A stretch of 64,000 nt of DNA, taken from Bugula neritina (taxonomy: Eukaryota; Animalia; Bryozoa). The DNA is taken from the NCBI GenBank assembly GCA_964035545.1, contig CAXIUT010000183.1, forward strand, positions 1,488,001 to 1,552,000, given 5' to 3'. Of this stretch, positions 29,531 to 47,500 are shown in pieces; position 1 is the stretch's first letter, and every line of letters starts with the position of its first letter. The position numbers were made by a program, and so were the translations under genes. The notes under the pieces were generated by a model. It was not told where the DNA came from. It did not search any database and saw only the letters and a list, made by a program, of their open reading frames with translations.

Positions 29531-32500
29531 AATAGACTTTAACACATTGGAAAATACTGCAACATACAGAAATATACTGTAACACACTGAAATATACTGC
29601 AACATACTGAAATACACTGTAGCATTCTGAAATATACTGCAACATACTGAAATACACTGCTACATACTGAAATATACTGCAACCTACTGCAACATACTGC
29701 AATATACTGAAATACACTGTAACATATTGAAGTACACTGCAACACATTGAAATATACTGCAACATATCAAAATATATGGTAAACAACTGAAATATACTTT
29801 AACACATTGAAAAATACTGCAACATGCTGAAATATACTGCGACACTTTGCAATATACTGTAACATACCGAAATATGCTCTAGCACACTGAAATACACTGC
29901 AACTCACTGAAATATACTGCAACATACTGAAATACACTGTGACATCCTGAAATATACTGCAACATACTGAAATACACTGCTACATACTGAAATATACTGC
30001 AACATACTGCAACATACTGAAATACACTGCAACATACTACAACATACTGAAATACACTGCAACACATTGAAATATACTGCAACATACCTAAATATACGGT
30101 AATATACCGAAATATACTGTAACGCATTGCAAAATACTGCAACATACTGAAATACACTGCGACACACTGAAATACGCTGCAAAATACTACAACATACTGA
30201 AATAAACTGTAACATATTGAAATACACTGCAATACATTGAAAAATAATGCAATATACTGAAATATATGTAACACACTGAAATATACTGCAACATACTGAA
30301 ATACACTGTAACATACTGAAATATACTGCAACGTACTGAAATACACTGCTACATACTGAAATATACTGTAACATACTGCAACATACTGAAATACACTGTA
30401 ACATACTGAGATACACTGCAACATACTGCAACATATTGAAATACACTGCAACACATTGAAATATACTGCTACATACTGAAATATACTGCAACTCACTGAA
30501 ATATACTGCAACATACTGAACTACACCGCACCATCCTAAAACATACTGAAATCTACTGTAACATATTGAAATACACTGCAACACATTGAAATATACTGCA
30601 GCATAACGAAATATATGGTAAACTAATGAAATATATTTTAACACATTGAAAAATACTGCAACATACTGAAATATACTGCGACACCTAGCAATATACTGTA
30701 ACATACTGAAATATGCTCTAGCACACTGAAATACAATGCAACTCACTGAAATATACTGCAACATACTGAAATACACTGCAACATCCTACAACATGCTGAA
30801 ATACACTGTAACATATTGAAATACACTGCAACACTTTGAAACATACTGCAACATACCGAAATATATGGTAAACTACTGCAACATACTACAACATATTGAA
30901 ATACACTGCAACACATTGAAATATACTGCAACATACCTAAATATACGGTAATATACTGAAATTCACTGTAACACATTGCAAAATACTGCAACATACTGAA
31001 ATTCACTGTGACACACTGAAATACGCTGCAAAATACTGAAATACACTGTGACATCCTGAAATATACTGCAACATTCTGAAATACACTGCTACATACTGAA
31101 ATATACTGCAACATACTGCAACATACTGAAATACACTGCAACACACTACAACATACTGAAATACGCTGCAACACATTGAAATATACTGCAACATACCTAA
31201 ATATACGGTAATATACCGAAATATACTGTAACGCATTGCAAAATACTGCAACATACTGAAATACACTGCGACACACTGAAATACGCTGCAAAATACTACA
31301 ACATACTGAAATAAACTGTAACATATTGAAATACACTGCAATACATTGAAATATACTGCAACATACCGAAATATATGGTGAACTACTGAAATATACTGTA
31401 ACACATTGAAAAATACTGCAACATACTGAAATATACTGCAACATACCTAAATATACGGTAATATGCTGAAATATACTGCAACACACAGAAATATACTGCA
31501 ACATACTGAAATACACTGTAACATACTGAAATATACTGCATCATACTGAAATACACTGCTACATACTGAAATATACTGCAACATACTGCAACATACTGAA
31601 ATACACTGTAACATACTGAAATAAACTGCAACATACTACGACATATTGAAATACACTGCAACACATTGAAATATACTGCTACATACCTAAATATACGGTA
31701 ATATACTGAAATATACTGTAACACATTGAAAAAACTGCAACATACTGAAATACACTGCAACACACTGAAATACACCGCAAAATACTACAACATACTGAAA
31801 TACACTGTAACATATTGAAATCCAGTGCAACACATTGAAATATACTGCAACATACCGAAATATATGGTAAACTAATGAAATATACTGTAACACATTGAAA
31901 AATACCGCAACATACTGAAATGTACTGCGACACATTGCAATATACTGTAACATACTGAAATATGCTGTAGCACACTGAAATACACTGCAACATCCTACAA
32001 CATACTGAAATACACTGTAACATATTGAAATACACTGCAAGAAATTGAAATAGACTGCAACACAACAAAATATATGGTAAACTACTGAAATAGACTTTAA
32101 CACATTGAAAAATACTGCAACATACAGAAATATACTGTAACACACTGAAATATACTGCAACATACTGAAATACACTGTAACATACTGAAATATACTGCAA
32201 CATACTGAAATACACTGCTACATACTGAAATATACTGCAACATACTGCAACATGCTGCAACATACTGAAATACGCTGTAACATACTGAAATACACTGCAA
32301 CATACTACAACATATTGAAATACACTGCAACACATTGAAATGTACTGCAACATACCGAAATATACGGTAATATACTGAAATATACTGTAACACATTGAAA
32401 AATACTGCAACATACTGAAATACACTGCAACACACTGAAACACACCGCAAAAAACTACAACATACTGAAATACACTGTAACATATTAAAACATACTGCAA

Positions 32501-35500
32501 CATACTGCAACATACTGAAATACACTGCAACACACTGAAATATACCGCAAAATACTACAACATACTGAAATACACTGTAACATATTGAAATACACTGCAA
32601 CACATTGAAATATACTGCAACATACCGATATATATGGTAAACTAATGAAATATACTGTAACACATTGAAAAATACCGCAACATACTGAAATATACTGCGA
32701 CACATTGCAATATACTGTAACATACTGAAATATGCTGTAGCACACTGAAATACACTGCAACATCCTACAACATACTGAAATACACTGTAACATGTTGAAA
32801 TACACTGCAACACATTGAAATATACTGCAACATAACAAAATATATGGTAAACTACTGAAATAGACTTTAACACATTGAAAAAACTGCAACATACTGAAAT
32901 ATACTGTAACACACTGAATTATACTGCAACATACTGAAATACACTGTAACATACTGAAATATACTGCAACATACTGAAATACACTGCTACATACTGAAAT
33001 ATACTGCAACGTACTGCAACATACTCCAGCATACTGAAATACACTGTAACATACTGAAATACACTGCAACATACTACCACATATTGAAATACATTGCAAC
33101 ACATTGAAATGTACTGCAACATACCGAAATATATGGTAAACTACTAAAATATACTGTAACATATTGAAAAATACTGCAACATACTGAAATATACTGCGAC
33201 ACCTAGCAATATACTGTAACATACTGAAATATGCTCTAGCACACTGAAATACAATGCAACTTACTGAAATATACTGCAACATACTGAAATACACTGCAAC
33301 ATCCTACAATATGCTGAAATACACTGTAACATATTGAAATACACTGCAACACTTTGAAATATACTGCAACATACCGAAATATATGGTAAACTACTGCAAC
33401 ATACTACAACATATTGAAATACACTGCAACACATTGAAGTATACTGCAACACACCTAAATATACGGTAATATACTGAAATATACTGTAACACATTGAAAA
33501 ATACTGCAACATACTGAAATATACTGTAACACACCGAAATATACTGCAACATACTGAAATACACTGTAACATACTGAAATATACTGCAACATACTGAAAT
33601 ACACTGCGACACTTTGCAATATAATGTAACATACCGAAATATGCTCTAGCGCACTGAAATACACTGCAACTCACTGAAATATACTGCAACATACTGAAAT
33701 ACACTGTGACATCCTGAAATATACTGCAACATACTGAAATACACTGCTACATACTGAAATATACTGCAACATACTGCAACATACTGAAATACACTGCAAC
33801 ATACTACAACATACTGAAATACACTGCAACACATTGAAATATACTGCAACATACCTAAATATACGGTAATATACCGAAATATACTGTAACGCATTGCAAA
33901 ATACTGCAACATACTGAAATACACTGCGACACACTGAAATACGCTGCAAAATACTACAACATACTGAAATAAACTGTAACATATTGAAATACACTGCAAT
34001 ACATTGAAAAATAATGCAATATACTGAAATATATGTAACACACTGAAATATACTGCAACATACTGAAATACACTGTAACATACTGAAATATACTGCAACG
34101 TACTGAAATACACTGTAACATACTGAGATACACTGCAACATACTACAACATATTGAAATACACTGCAACACATTGAAATATACTGCTACATACTGAAATA
34201 TACTGCAACTCACTGAAATATACTGCAACATACTGAACTACACCGCACCATCCTAAAACATACTGAAATCTACTGTAACATATTGAAATACACTGCAACA
34301 CATTGAAATATACTGCAGCATAACAAAATATATGGTAAACTAATGAAATATATTTTAACACATTGAAAAATACTGCAACATACTGAAATATACTGCGACA
34401 CCTAGCAATATACTGTAACATACTGAAATATGCTCTAGCACACTGAAATACAATGCAACTCACTGAAATATACTGCAACATACTGAAATACACTGCAACA
34501 TCCTACAACATGCTGAGATACACTGTAACATATTGAAATACACTGCAACACTTTGAAACATACTGCAACATACCGAAATATATGGTAAACTACTGCAACA
34601 TACTACAACATATTGAAATACACTGCAACACATTGAAATATACTGCAACATACCTAAATATACGGTAATATACTGAAATTCACTGTAACACATTGCAAAA
34701 TACTGCAACATACTGAAATTCACTGTGACACACTGAAATACGCTGCAAAATACTGAAATACACTGTGACATCCTGAAATATACTGCAACATTCTGAAATA
34801 CACTGCTACATACTGAAATATACTGCAACATACTGCAACATACTGAAATACACTGCAACACACTACAACATACTGAAATACGCTGCAACACATTGAAATA
34901 TACTGCAACATACCTAAATATACGGTAATATACCGAAATATACTGTAACGCATTGCAAAATACTGCAACATACTGAAATACACTGCGACACACTGAAATA
35001 CGCTGCAAAATACTACAACATACTGAAATAAACTGTAACATATTGAAATACACTGCAATACATTGAAATATACTGCAACATACCGAAATATATGGTGAAC
35101 TACTGAAATATACTGTAACACATTGAAAAATACTGCAACATACTGAAATATACTGCAACATACCTAAATATACGGTAATATGCTGAAATATACTGCAACA
35201 CACCGAAATATACTGCAACATACTGAAATACACTGTAACATACTGAAATACACTGCTACATACTGAAATATACTGCAACATACTGCAACATACTGAAATA
35301 CACTGTAACATACTGAAATAAACTGCAACATACTACGACATATTGAAATACACTGCAACACATTGAAATATACTGCTACATACCTAAATATACGGTAATA
35401 TACTGAAATATACTGTAACACATTGAAAAAACTGCAACATACTGAAATACACTGCAACACACTGAAATACACCGCAAAATACTACAACATACTGAAATAC

Positions 35501-38500
35501 ACTGTAACATATTGAAATCCAGTGCAACACATTGAAATATACTGCAACATACCGAAATATATGGTAAACTAATGAAATATACTGTAACACATTGAAAAAT
35601 ACCGCAACATACTGAAATATACTGCGACACATTGCAATATACTGTAACATACTGAAATATGCTGTAGCACACTGAAATACACTGCAACATCCTACAACAT
35701 ACTGAAATACACTGTAACATATTGAAATACACTGCAAGAAATTGAAATAGACTGCAACACAACAAAATATATGGTAAACTACTGAAATAGACTTTAACAC
35801 ATTGAAAAATACTGCAACATACAGAAATATACTGTAACACACTGAAATATACTGCAACATACTGAAATACACTGTAACATACTGAAATATACTGCAACAT
35901 ACTGAAATACACTGCTACATACTGAAATATACTGCAACATACTGCAACATGCTGCAACATACTGAAACACGCTGTAACATACTGAAATACACTGCAACAT
36001 ACTACAACATATTGAAATACACTGCAACACATTGAAATGTACTGCAACATACCGAAATATACGGTAATATACTGAAATATACTGTAACACATTGAAAAAT
36101 ACTGCAACATACTGAAATACACTGCAACACACTGAAACACACCGCAAAAAACTACAACATACTGAAATACACTGTAACATATTAAAACATACTGCAACAT
36201 ACTGCAACATACTGAAATACACTGCAACACACTGAAATATACCGCAAAATACTACAACATACTGAAATACACTGTAACATATTGAAATACACTGCAACAC
36301 ATTGAAATATACTGCAACATACCGAAATATATGGTAAACTAATGAAATATACTGTAACACATTGAAAAATACCGCAACATACTGAAATATACTGCGACAC
36401 ATTGCAATATACTGTAACATACTGAAATATGCTGTAGCACACTGAAATACACTGCAACATCCTACAACATACTGAAATACACTGTAACATGTTGAAATAC
36501 ACTGCAACACATTGAAATATACTGCAACATAACAAAATATATGGTAAACTACTGAAATAGACTTTAACACATTGAAAAAACTGCAACATACTGAAATATA
36601 CTGTAACACACTGAATTATACTGCAACATACTGAAATACACTGTAACATACTGAAATATACTGCAACATACTGAAATACACTGCTACATACTGAAATATA
36701 CTGCAACGTACTGCAACATACTCCAGCATACTGAAATACACTGTAACATACTGAAATACACTGCAACATACTACCACATATTGAAATACATTGCAACACA
36801 TTGAAATGTACTGCAACATACCGAAATATATGGTAAACTACTAAAATATACTGTAACACATTGAAAAATACTGCAACATACTGAAATATACTGCGACACC
36901 TAGCAATATACTGTAACATACTGAAATATGCTCTAGCACACTGAAATACAATGCAACTTACTGAAATATACTGCAACATACTGAAATACACTGCAACATC
37001 CTACAATATGCTGAAATACACTGTAACATATTGAAATACACTGCAACACTTTGAAATATACTGCAACATACCGAAATATATGGTAAACTACTGCAACATA
37101 CTACAACATATTGAAATACACTGCAACACATTGAAGTATACTGCAACATACCTAAATATACGGTAATATACTGAAATATACTGTAACACATTGAAAAATA
37201 CTGCAACATACTGAAATATACTGTAACACACCGAAATATACTGCAACATACTGAAATACACTGTAACATACTGAAATATACTGCAACATACTGAAATACA
37301 CTGCTACATACTGAAATATGCTGCAACATACTGAAACATACTGAAATACACTGTAACATACTGAAATAAACTGCAACATACTACAACATATTGAAATACA
37401 CTGCAACACATTGAAATATACTGCAACATACCTAAATATACGGTAATATACTGAAATTCACTGTAACGCATTGCAAAATACTGCAACATACTGAAATTCA
37501 CTGCGACACACTGAAATACGCTGCAAAATACTACAACATACTGAAATAAACTGTAACATATTGAAATACACTGCAACACATAGAAAAATACTGCAACATA
37601 CTGAAATATACTGTAACACACTGAAATATACTGCAACATACTGAAATACACTGTAACATACTGAAATATACTGCAACATACTGAAATACACTGCTACACA
37701 CGGAAATATTCTGCAACATACTGCAACATACTGCAATACACTGTAACATACTGAAATACACTGCAACATACTACAACATATTGAAATACACTGCAACACA
37801 TTGAAATACACTGTAACTTACCGAATATATGGTAAACTACTGAAATATACTGTAACGCATTGAAAAATAATGCAACATACTGAAATATATTGCGACACAT
37901 TGCAATATACTGTAACATACTGAAAAATGCTGTAGCACACTGAAATATACTGCAATTCACTGAAATATACTGCAACATACTGAAATACACCGCAACATCC
38001 TACAACATACTGAAATACACTGTAACATATTGAAATACACTGCAACACATTGAAATATACTGCAACATAACGAAATATATGGTAAACTACTGAAATAGAC
38101 TTTAACACATTGAAAAATACTGCAACATACAGAAATATACTGTAACACACTGAAATATACTGCAACATACTGAAATACACTGTAGCATTCTGAAATATAC
38201 TGCAACATACTGAAATACACTGCTACATACTGAAATATACTGCAACCTACTGCAACATACTGCAATATACTGAAATACACTGTAACATATTGAAGTACAC
38301 TGCAACACATTGAAATATACTGCAACATACCAAAATATATGGTAAACAACTGAAATATACTTTAACACATTGAAAAATACTGCAACATACTGAAATATAC
38401 TGCGACACTTTGCAATATACTGTAACATACCGAAATATGCTCTAGCACACTGAAATACACTGCAACTCACTGAAATATACTGCAACATACTGAAATACAC

Positions 38501-41500
38501 TGTGACATCCTGAAATATACTGCAACATACTGAAATACACTGCTACATACTGAAATATACTGCAACATACTGCAACATACTGAAATACACTGCAACATAC
38601 TACAACATACTGAAATACACTGCAACACATTGAAATATACTGCAACATACCTAAATATACGGTAATATACCGAAATATACTGTAACGCATTGCAAAATAC
38701 TGCAACATACTGAAATACACTGCGACACACTGAAATACGCTGCAAAATACTACAACATACTGAAATAAACTGTAACATATTGAAATACACTGCAATACAC
38801 TGAAAAATAATGCAATATACTGAAATATATGTAACACACTGAAATATACTGCAACATACTGAAATACACTGTAACATACTGAAATATACTGCAACGTACT
38901 GAAATACACTGCTACATACTGAAATATACTGTAACATACTGCAACATACTGAAATACACTGTAACATACTGAGATACACTGCAACATACTACAACATATT
39001 GAAATACACTGCAACACATTGAAATATACTGCTACATACTGAAATATACTGCAACTCACTGAAATATACTGCAACATACTGAACTACACCGCACCATCCT
39101 AAAACATACTGAAATCTACTGTAACATATTGAAATACACTGCAACACATTGAAATATACTGCAGCATAACGAAATATATGGTAAACTAATGAAATATATT
39201 TTAACACATTGAAAAATACTGCAACATACTGAAATATACTGCGACACCTAGCAATATACTGTAACATACTGAAATATGCTCTAGCACACTGAAATACAAT
39301 GCAACTCACTGAAATATACTGCAACATACTGAAATACACTGCAACATCCTACAACATGCTGAAATACACTGTAACATATTGAAATACACTGCAACACTTT
39401 GAAACACACTGCAACATACCGAAATATATGGTAAACTACTGCAACATACTACAACATATTGAAATACACTGCAACACATTGAAATATACTGCAACATACC
39501 TAAATATACGGTAATATACTGAAATTCACTGTAACGCATTGCAAAATACTGCAACATACTGAAATTCACTGTGACACACTGAAATACGCTGCAAAATACT
39601 GAAATACACTGTGACATCCTGAAATATACTGCAACATTCTGAAATACACTGCTACATACTGAAATATACTGCAACATACTGCAACATACTGAAATACACT
39701 GCAACACACTACAATATACTGAAATACGCTGCAACACATTGAAATATACTGCAACATACCTAAATATACGGTAATATACCGAAATATACTGTAACGCATT
39801 GCAAAATACTGCAACATACTGAAATACACTGCGACACACTGAAATACGCTGCAAAATACTACAACATACTGAAATAAACTGTAACATATTGAAATACACT
39901 GCAATACATTGAAATATACTGCAACATACCGAAATATATGGTGAACTACTGAAATATACTGTAACACATTGAAAAATACTGCAACATACTGAAATATACT
40001 GCAACATACCTAAATATACGGTAATATGCTGAAATATACTGCAACACACCGAAATATACTGCAACATACTGAAATACGCTGTAACATACTGAAATATACT
40101 GCATCACACTGAAATACACTGCTACATACTGAAATATACTGCAACATACTGCAACATACTGAAATACACTGTAACATACTGAAATAAACTGCAACATACT
40201 ACGACATATTGAAATACACTGCAACACATTGAAATATACTGCTACATACCTAAATATACGGTAATATACTGAAATATACTGTAACACATTGAAAAAACTG
40301 CAACATACTGAAATACACTGCAACACACTGAAATACACTGCAACATCCTACAACATACTGAAATACACTGTAACATATTGAAATACACTGCAAGAAATTG
40401 AAATAGACTGCAACACAACAAAATATATGGTAAACTACTGAAATAGACTTTAACACATTGAAAAATACTGCAACATACAGAAATATACTGTAACACACTG
40501 AAATATACTGCAACATACTGAAATACACTGTAACATACTGAAATATACTGCAACATACTGAAATACACTGCTACATACTGAAATATACTGCAACATACTG
40601 CAACATGCTGCAACATACTGAAATACGCTGTAACATACTGAAATATACTGCAACATACTGAAATACACTGCTACATACTGAAATATACTGCAACATACTG
40701 CAACATGCTGCAACATACTGAAATACGCTGTAACATACTGAAATACACTGCAACATACTACAACATATTGAAATACACTGCAACACATTGAAATGTACTG
40801 CAACATACCGAAATATACGGTAATATACTGAAATATACTGTAACACATTGAAAAATACTGCAACATACTGAAATACACTGCAACACACTGAAACACACCG
40901 CAAAAAACTACAACATACTGAAATACACTGTAACATATTAAAACATACTGCAACATACTGCAACATACTGAAATACACTGCAACACACTGAAATATACCG
41001 CAAAATACTACAACATACTGAAATACACTGTAACATATTGAAATACACTGCAACACATTGAAATATACTGCAACATACCGAAATATATGGTAAACTAATG
41101 AAATATACTGTAACACATTGAAAAATACCGCAACATACTGAAATATACTGCGACACATTGCAATATACTGTAACATACTGAAATATGCTGTAGCACACTG
41201 AAATACACTGCAACATCCTACAACATACTGAAATACACTGTAACATGTTGAAATACACTGCAACACATTGAAATATACTGCAACATAACAAAATATATGG
41301 TAAACTACTGAAATAGACTTTAACACATTGAAAAAACTGCAACATACTGAAATATACTGTAACACACTGAATTATACTGCAACATACTGAAATACACTGT
41401 AACATACTGAAATATACTGCAACATACTGAAATACACTGCTACATACTGAAATATACTGCAACGTACTGCAACATACTCCAGCATACTGAAATACACTGT

Positions 41501-44500
41501 AACATACTGAAATACACTGCAACATACTACCACATATTGAAATACATTGCAACACATTGAAATGTACTGCAACATACCGAAATATATGGTAAACTACTAA
41601 AATATACTGTAACATATTGAAAAATACTGCAACATACTGAAATATACTGCGACACCTAGCAATATACTGTAACATACTGAAATATGCTCTAGCACACTGA
41701 AATACAATGCAACTTACTGAAATATACTGCAACATACTGAAATACACTGCAACATCCTACAATATGCTGAAATACACTGTAACATATTGAAATACACTGC
41801 AACACTTTGAAATATACTGCAACATACCGAAATATATGGTAAACTACTGCAACATACTACAACATATTGAAATACACTGCAACACATTGAAGTATACTGC
41901 AACATACCTAAATATACGGTAATATACTGAAATATACTGTAACACATTGAAAAATACTGCAACATACTGAAATATACTGTAACACACCGAAATATACTGC
42001 AACATACTGAAATACACTGTAACATACTGAAATATACTGCAACATACTGAAATACACTGCTACATACTGAAATATGCTGCAACATACTGCAACATACTGA
42101 AATACACTGTAACATACTGAAATAAACTGCAACATACTACAACATATTGAAATACACTGCAACACATTGAAATATACTGCAACATACCTAAATATACGGT
42201 AATATACTGAAATTCACTGTAACGCATTGCAAAATACTGCAACATACTGAAATTCACTGCGACACACTGAAATACGCTGCAAAATACTACAACATACTGA
42301 AATAAACTGTAACATATTGAAATACACTGCAACACATAGAAAAATACTGCAACATACTGAAATATACTGTAACACACTGAAATATACTGCAACATACTGA
42401 AATACACTGTAACATACTGAAATATACTGCAACATACTGAAATACACTGCTACACACGGAAATATTCTGCAACATACTGCAACATACTGCAATACACTGT
42501 AACATACTGAAATACACTGCAACATACTACAACATATTGAAATACACTGCAACACATTGAAATACACTGTAACTTACCGAATATATGGTAAACTACTGAA
42601 ATATACTGTAACGCATTGAAAAATAATGCAACATACTGAAATATATTGCGACACATTGCAATATACTGTAACATACTGAAAAATGCTGTAGCACACTGAA
42701 ATATACTGCAATTCACTGAAATATACTGCAACATACTGAAATACACCGCAACATCCTACAACATACTGAAATACACTGTAACATATTGAAATACACTGCA
42801 ACACATTGAAATATACTGCAACATAACGAAATATATGGTAAACTACTGAAATAGACTTTAACACATTGAAAAATACTGCAACATACAGAAATATACTGTA
42901 ACACACTGAAATATACTGCAACATACTGAAATACACTGTAGCATTCTGAAATATACTGCAACATACTGAAATACACTGCTACATACTGAAATATACTGCA
43001 ACCTACTGCAACATACTGCAATATACTGAAATACACTGTAACATATTGAAGTACACTGCAACACATTGAAATATACTGCAACATACCAAAATATATGGTA
43101 AACAACTGAAATATACTTTAACACATTGAAAAATACTGCAACATACTGAAATATACTGCGACACTTTGCAATATACTGTAACATACCGAAATATGCTCTA
43201 GCACACTGAAATACACTGCAACTCACTGAAATATACTGCAACATACTGAAATACACTGTGACATCCTGAAATATACTGCAACATACTGAAATACACTGCT
43301 ACATACTGAAATATACTGCAACATACTGCAACATACTGAAATACACTGCAACATACTACAACATACTGAAATACACTGCAACACATTGAAATATACTGCA
43401 ACATACCTAAATATACGGTAATATACCGAAATATACTGTAACGCATTGCAAAATACTGCAACATACTGAAATACACTGCGACACACTGAAATACGCTGCA
43501 AAATACTACAACATACTGAAATAAACTGTAACATATTGAAATACACTGCAATACATTGAAAAATAATGCAATATACTGAAATATATGTAACACACTGAAA
43601 TATACTGCAACATACTGAAATACACTGTAACATACTGAAATATACTGCAACGTACTGAAATACACTGCTACATACTGAAATATACTGTAACATACTGCAA
43701 CATACTGAAATACACTGTAACATACTGAGATACACTGCAACATACTACAACATATTGAAATACACTGCAACACATTGAAATATACTGCTACATACTGAAA
43801 TATACTGCAACTCACTGAAATATACTGCAACATACTGAACTACACCGCACCATCCTAAAACATACTGAAATCTACTGTAACATATTGAAATACACTGCAA
43901 CACATTGAAATATACTGCAGCATAACGAAATATATGGTAAACTAATGAAATATATTTTAACACATTGAAAAATACTGCAACATACTGAAATATACTGCGA
44001 CACCTAGCAATATACTGTAACATACTGAAATATGCTCTAGCACACTGAAATACAATGCAACTCACTGAAATATACTGCAACATACTGAAATACACTGCAA
44101 CATCCTACAACATGCTGAAATACACTGTAACATATTGAAATACACTGCAACACTTTGAAACACACTGCAACATACCGAAATATATGGTAAACTACTGCAA
44201 CATACTACAACATATTGAAATACACTGCAACACATTGAAATATACTGCAACATACCTAAATATACGGTAATATACTGAAATTCACTGTAACGCATTGCAA
44301 AATACTGCAACATACTGAAATTCACTGTGACACACTGAAATACGCTGCAAAATACTGAAATACACTGTGACATCCTGAAATATACTGCAACATTCTGAAA
44401 TACACTGCTACATACTGAAATATACTGCAACATACTGCAACATACTGAAATACACTGCAACACACTACAACATACTGAAATACGCTGCAACACATTGAAA

Positions 44501-47500
44501 TATACTGCAACATACCTAAATATACGGTAATATACCTAAATATACTGTAACGCATTGCAAAATACTGCAACATACTGAAATACACTGCGACACACTGAAA
44601 TACGCTGCAAAATACTACAACATACTGAAATAAACTGTAACATATTGAAATACACTGCAATACATTGAAATATACTGCAACATACCGAAATATATGGTGA
44701 ACTACTGAAATATACTGTAACACATTGAAAAATACTGCAACATACTGAAATATACTGCAACATACCTAAATATACGGTAATATGCTGAAATATACTGCAA
44801 CACACCGAAATATACTGCAACATACTGAAATACGCTGTAACATACTGAAATATACTGCATCATACTGAAATACACTGCTACATACTGAAATATACTGCAA
44901 CATACTGCAACATACTGAAATACACTGTAACATACTGAAATAAACTGCAACATACTACGACATATTGAAATACACTGCAACACATTGAAATATACTGCTA
45001 CATACCTAAATATACGGTAATATACTGAAATATACTGTAACACATTGAAAAAACTGCAACATACTGAAATACACTGCAACACACTGAAATACACCGCAAA
45101 ATACTACAACATACTGAAATACACTGTAACATATTGAAATCCAGTGCAACACATTGAAATATACTGCAACATACCGAAATATATGGTAAACTAATGAAAT
45201 ATACTGTAACACATTGAAAAATACCGCAACATACTGAAATATACTGCGACACATTGCAATATATTGTAACATACTGAAATATGCTGTAGCACACTGAAAT
45301 ACACTGCAACATCCTACAACATACTGAAATACACTGTAACATATTGAAATACACTGCAAGAAATTGAAATAGACTGCAACACAACAAAATATATGGTAAA
45401 CTACTGAAATAGACTTTAACACATTGAAAAATACTGCAACATACAGAAATATACTGTAACACACTGAAATATACTGCAACATACTGAAATACACTGTAAC
45501 ATACTGAAATATACTGCAACATACTGAAATACACTGCTACATACTGAAATATACTGCAACATACTGCAACATGCTGCAACATACTGAAATACGCTGTAAC
45601 ATACTGAAATACACTGCAACATACTACAACATATTGAAATACACTGCAACACATTGAAATGTACTGCAACATACCGAAATATACGGTAATATACTGAAAT
45701 ACACTGTAACACATTGAAAAATACTGCAACATACTGAAATACACTGACAACACTGAAACACACCGCAAAAAACTACAACATACTGAAATACACTGTAACA
45801 TATTAAAACATACTGCAACATACTGCAACATACTGAAATACACTGCAACACACTGAAATATACCGCAAAATACTACAACATACTGAAATACACTGTAACA
45901 TATTGAAATACACTGCAACACATTGAAATATACTGCAACATACCGAAATATATGGTAAACTAATGAAATATACTGTAACACATTGAAAAATACCGCAACA
46001 TACTGAAATATACTGCGACACATTGCAATATACTGTAACATACTGAAATATGCTGTAGCACACTGAAATACACTGCAACATCCTACAACATACTGAAATA
46101 CACTGTAACATGTTGAAATACACTGCAACACATTGAAATATACTGCAACATAACAAAATATATGGTAAACTACTGAAATAGACTTTAACACATTGAAAAA
46201 ACTGCAACATACTGAAATATACTGTAACACACTGAATTATACTGCAACATACTGAAATACACTGTAACATACAGAAATATACTGCAACATACTGAAATAC
46301 ACTGCTACATACTGAAATATACTGCAACGTACTGCAACATACTCCAGCATACTGAAATACACTGTAACATACTGAAATAAACTGCAACATACTACCACAT
46401 ATTGAAATACATTGCAACACATTGAAATGTACTGCAACATACCGAAATATATGGTAAACTACTAAAATATACTGTAACATATTGAAAAATACTGCAACAT
46501 ACTGAAATATACTGCGACACCTAGCAATATACTGTAACATACTGAAATGTGCTCTAGCACACTGAAATACAATGCAACTTACTGAAATATACTGCAACAT
46601 ACTGAAATACACTGCAACATCCTACAATATGCTGAAATACACTGTAACATATTGAAATACACTGCAACACTTTGAAATATACTGCAACATACCGAAATAT
46701 ATGGTAAACTACTGCAACATACTACAACATATTGAAATACACTGCAACACATTGAAGTATACTGCAACATACCTAAATATACGGTAATATACTGAAATAT
46801 ACTGTAACACATTGAAAAATACTGCAACATACTGAAATATACTGTAACACACCGAAATATACTGCAACATACTGAAATACACTGTAACATACTGAAATAT
46901 ACTGCAACATACTGAAATACACTGCTACATACTGAAATATGCTGCAACATACTGCAACATACTGAAATACACTGTAACATACTGAAATAAACTGCAACAT
47001 ACTACAACATATTGAAATACACTGCAACACATTGAAATATACTGCAACATACCTAAATATACGGTAATATACTGAAATTCACTGTAACGCATTGCAAAAT
47101 ACTGCAACATACTGAAATTCACTGCGACACACTGAAATACGCTGCAAAATACTACAACATACTGAAATAAACTGTAACATATTGAAATACACTGCAACAC
47201 ATAGAAAAATACTGCAACATACTGAAATATACTGTAACACACTGAAATATACTGCAACATACTGAAATACACTGTAACATACTGAAATATACTGCAACAT
47301 ACTGAAATACACTGCTACATACGGAAACATTCTGCAACATACTGCAACATACTGCAATACACTGTAACATACTGAAATACACTGCAACATACTACAACAT
47401 ATTGAAATACACTGCAACACATTGAAATACACTGTAACTTACCGAATATATGGTAAACTACTGAAATATACTGTAACGCATTGAAAAATAATGCAACATA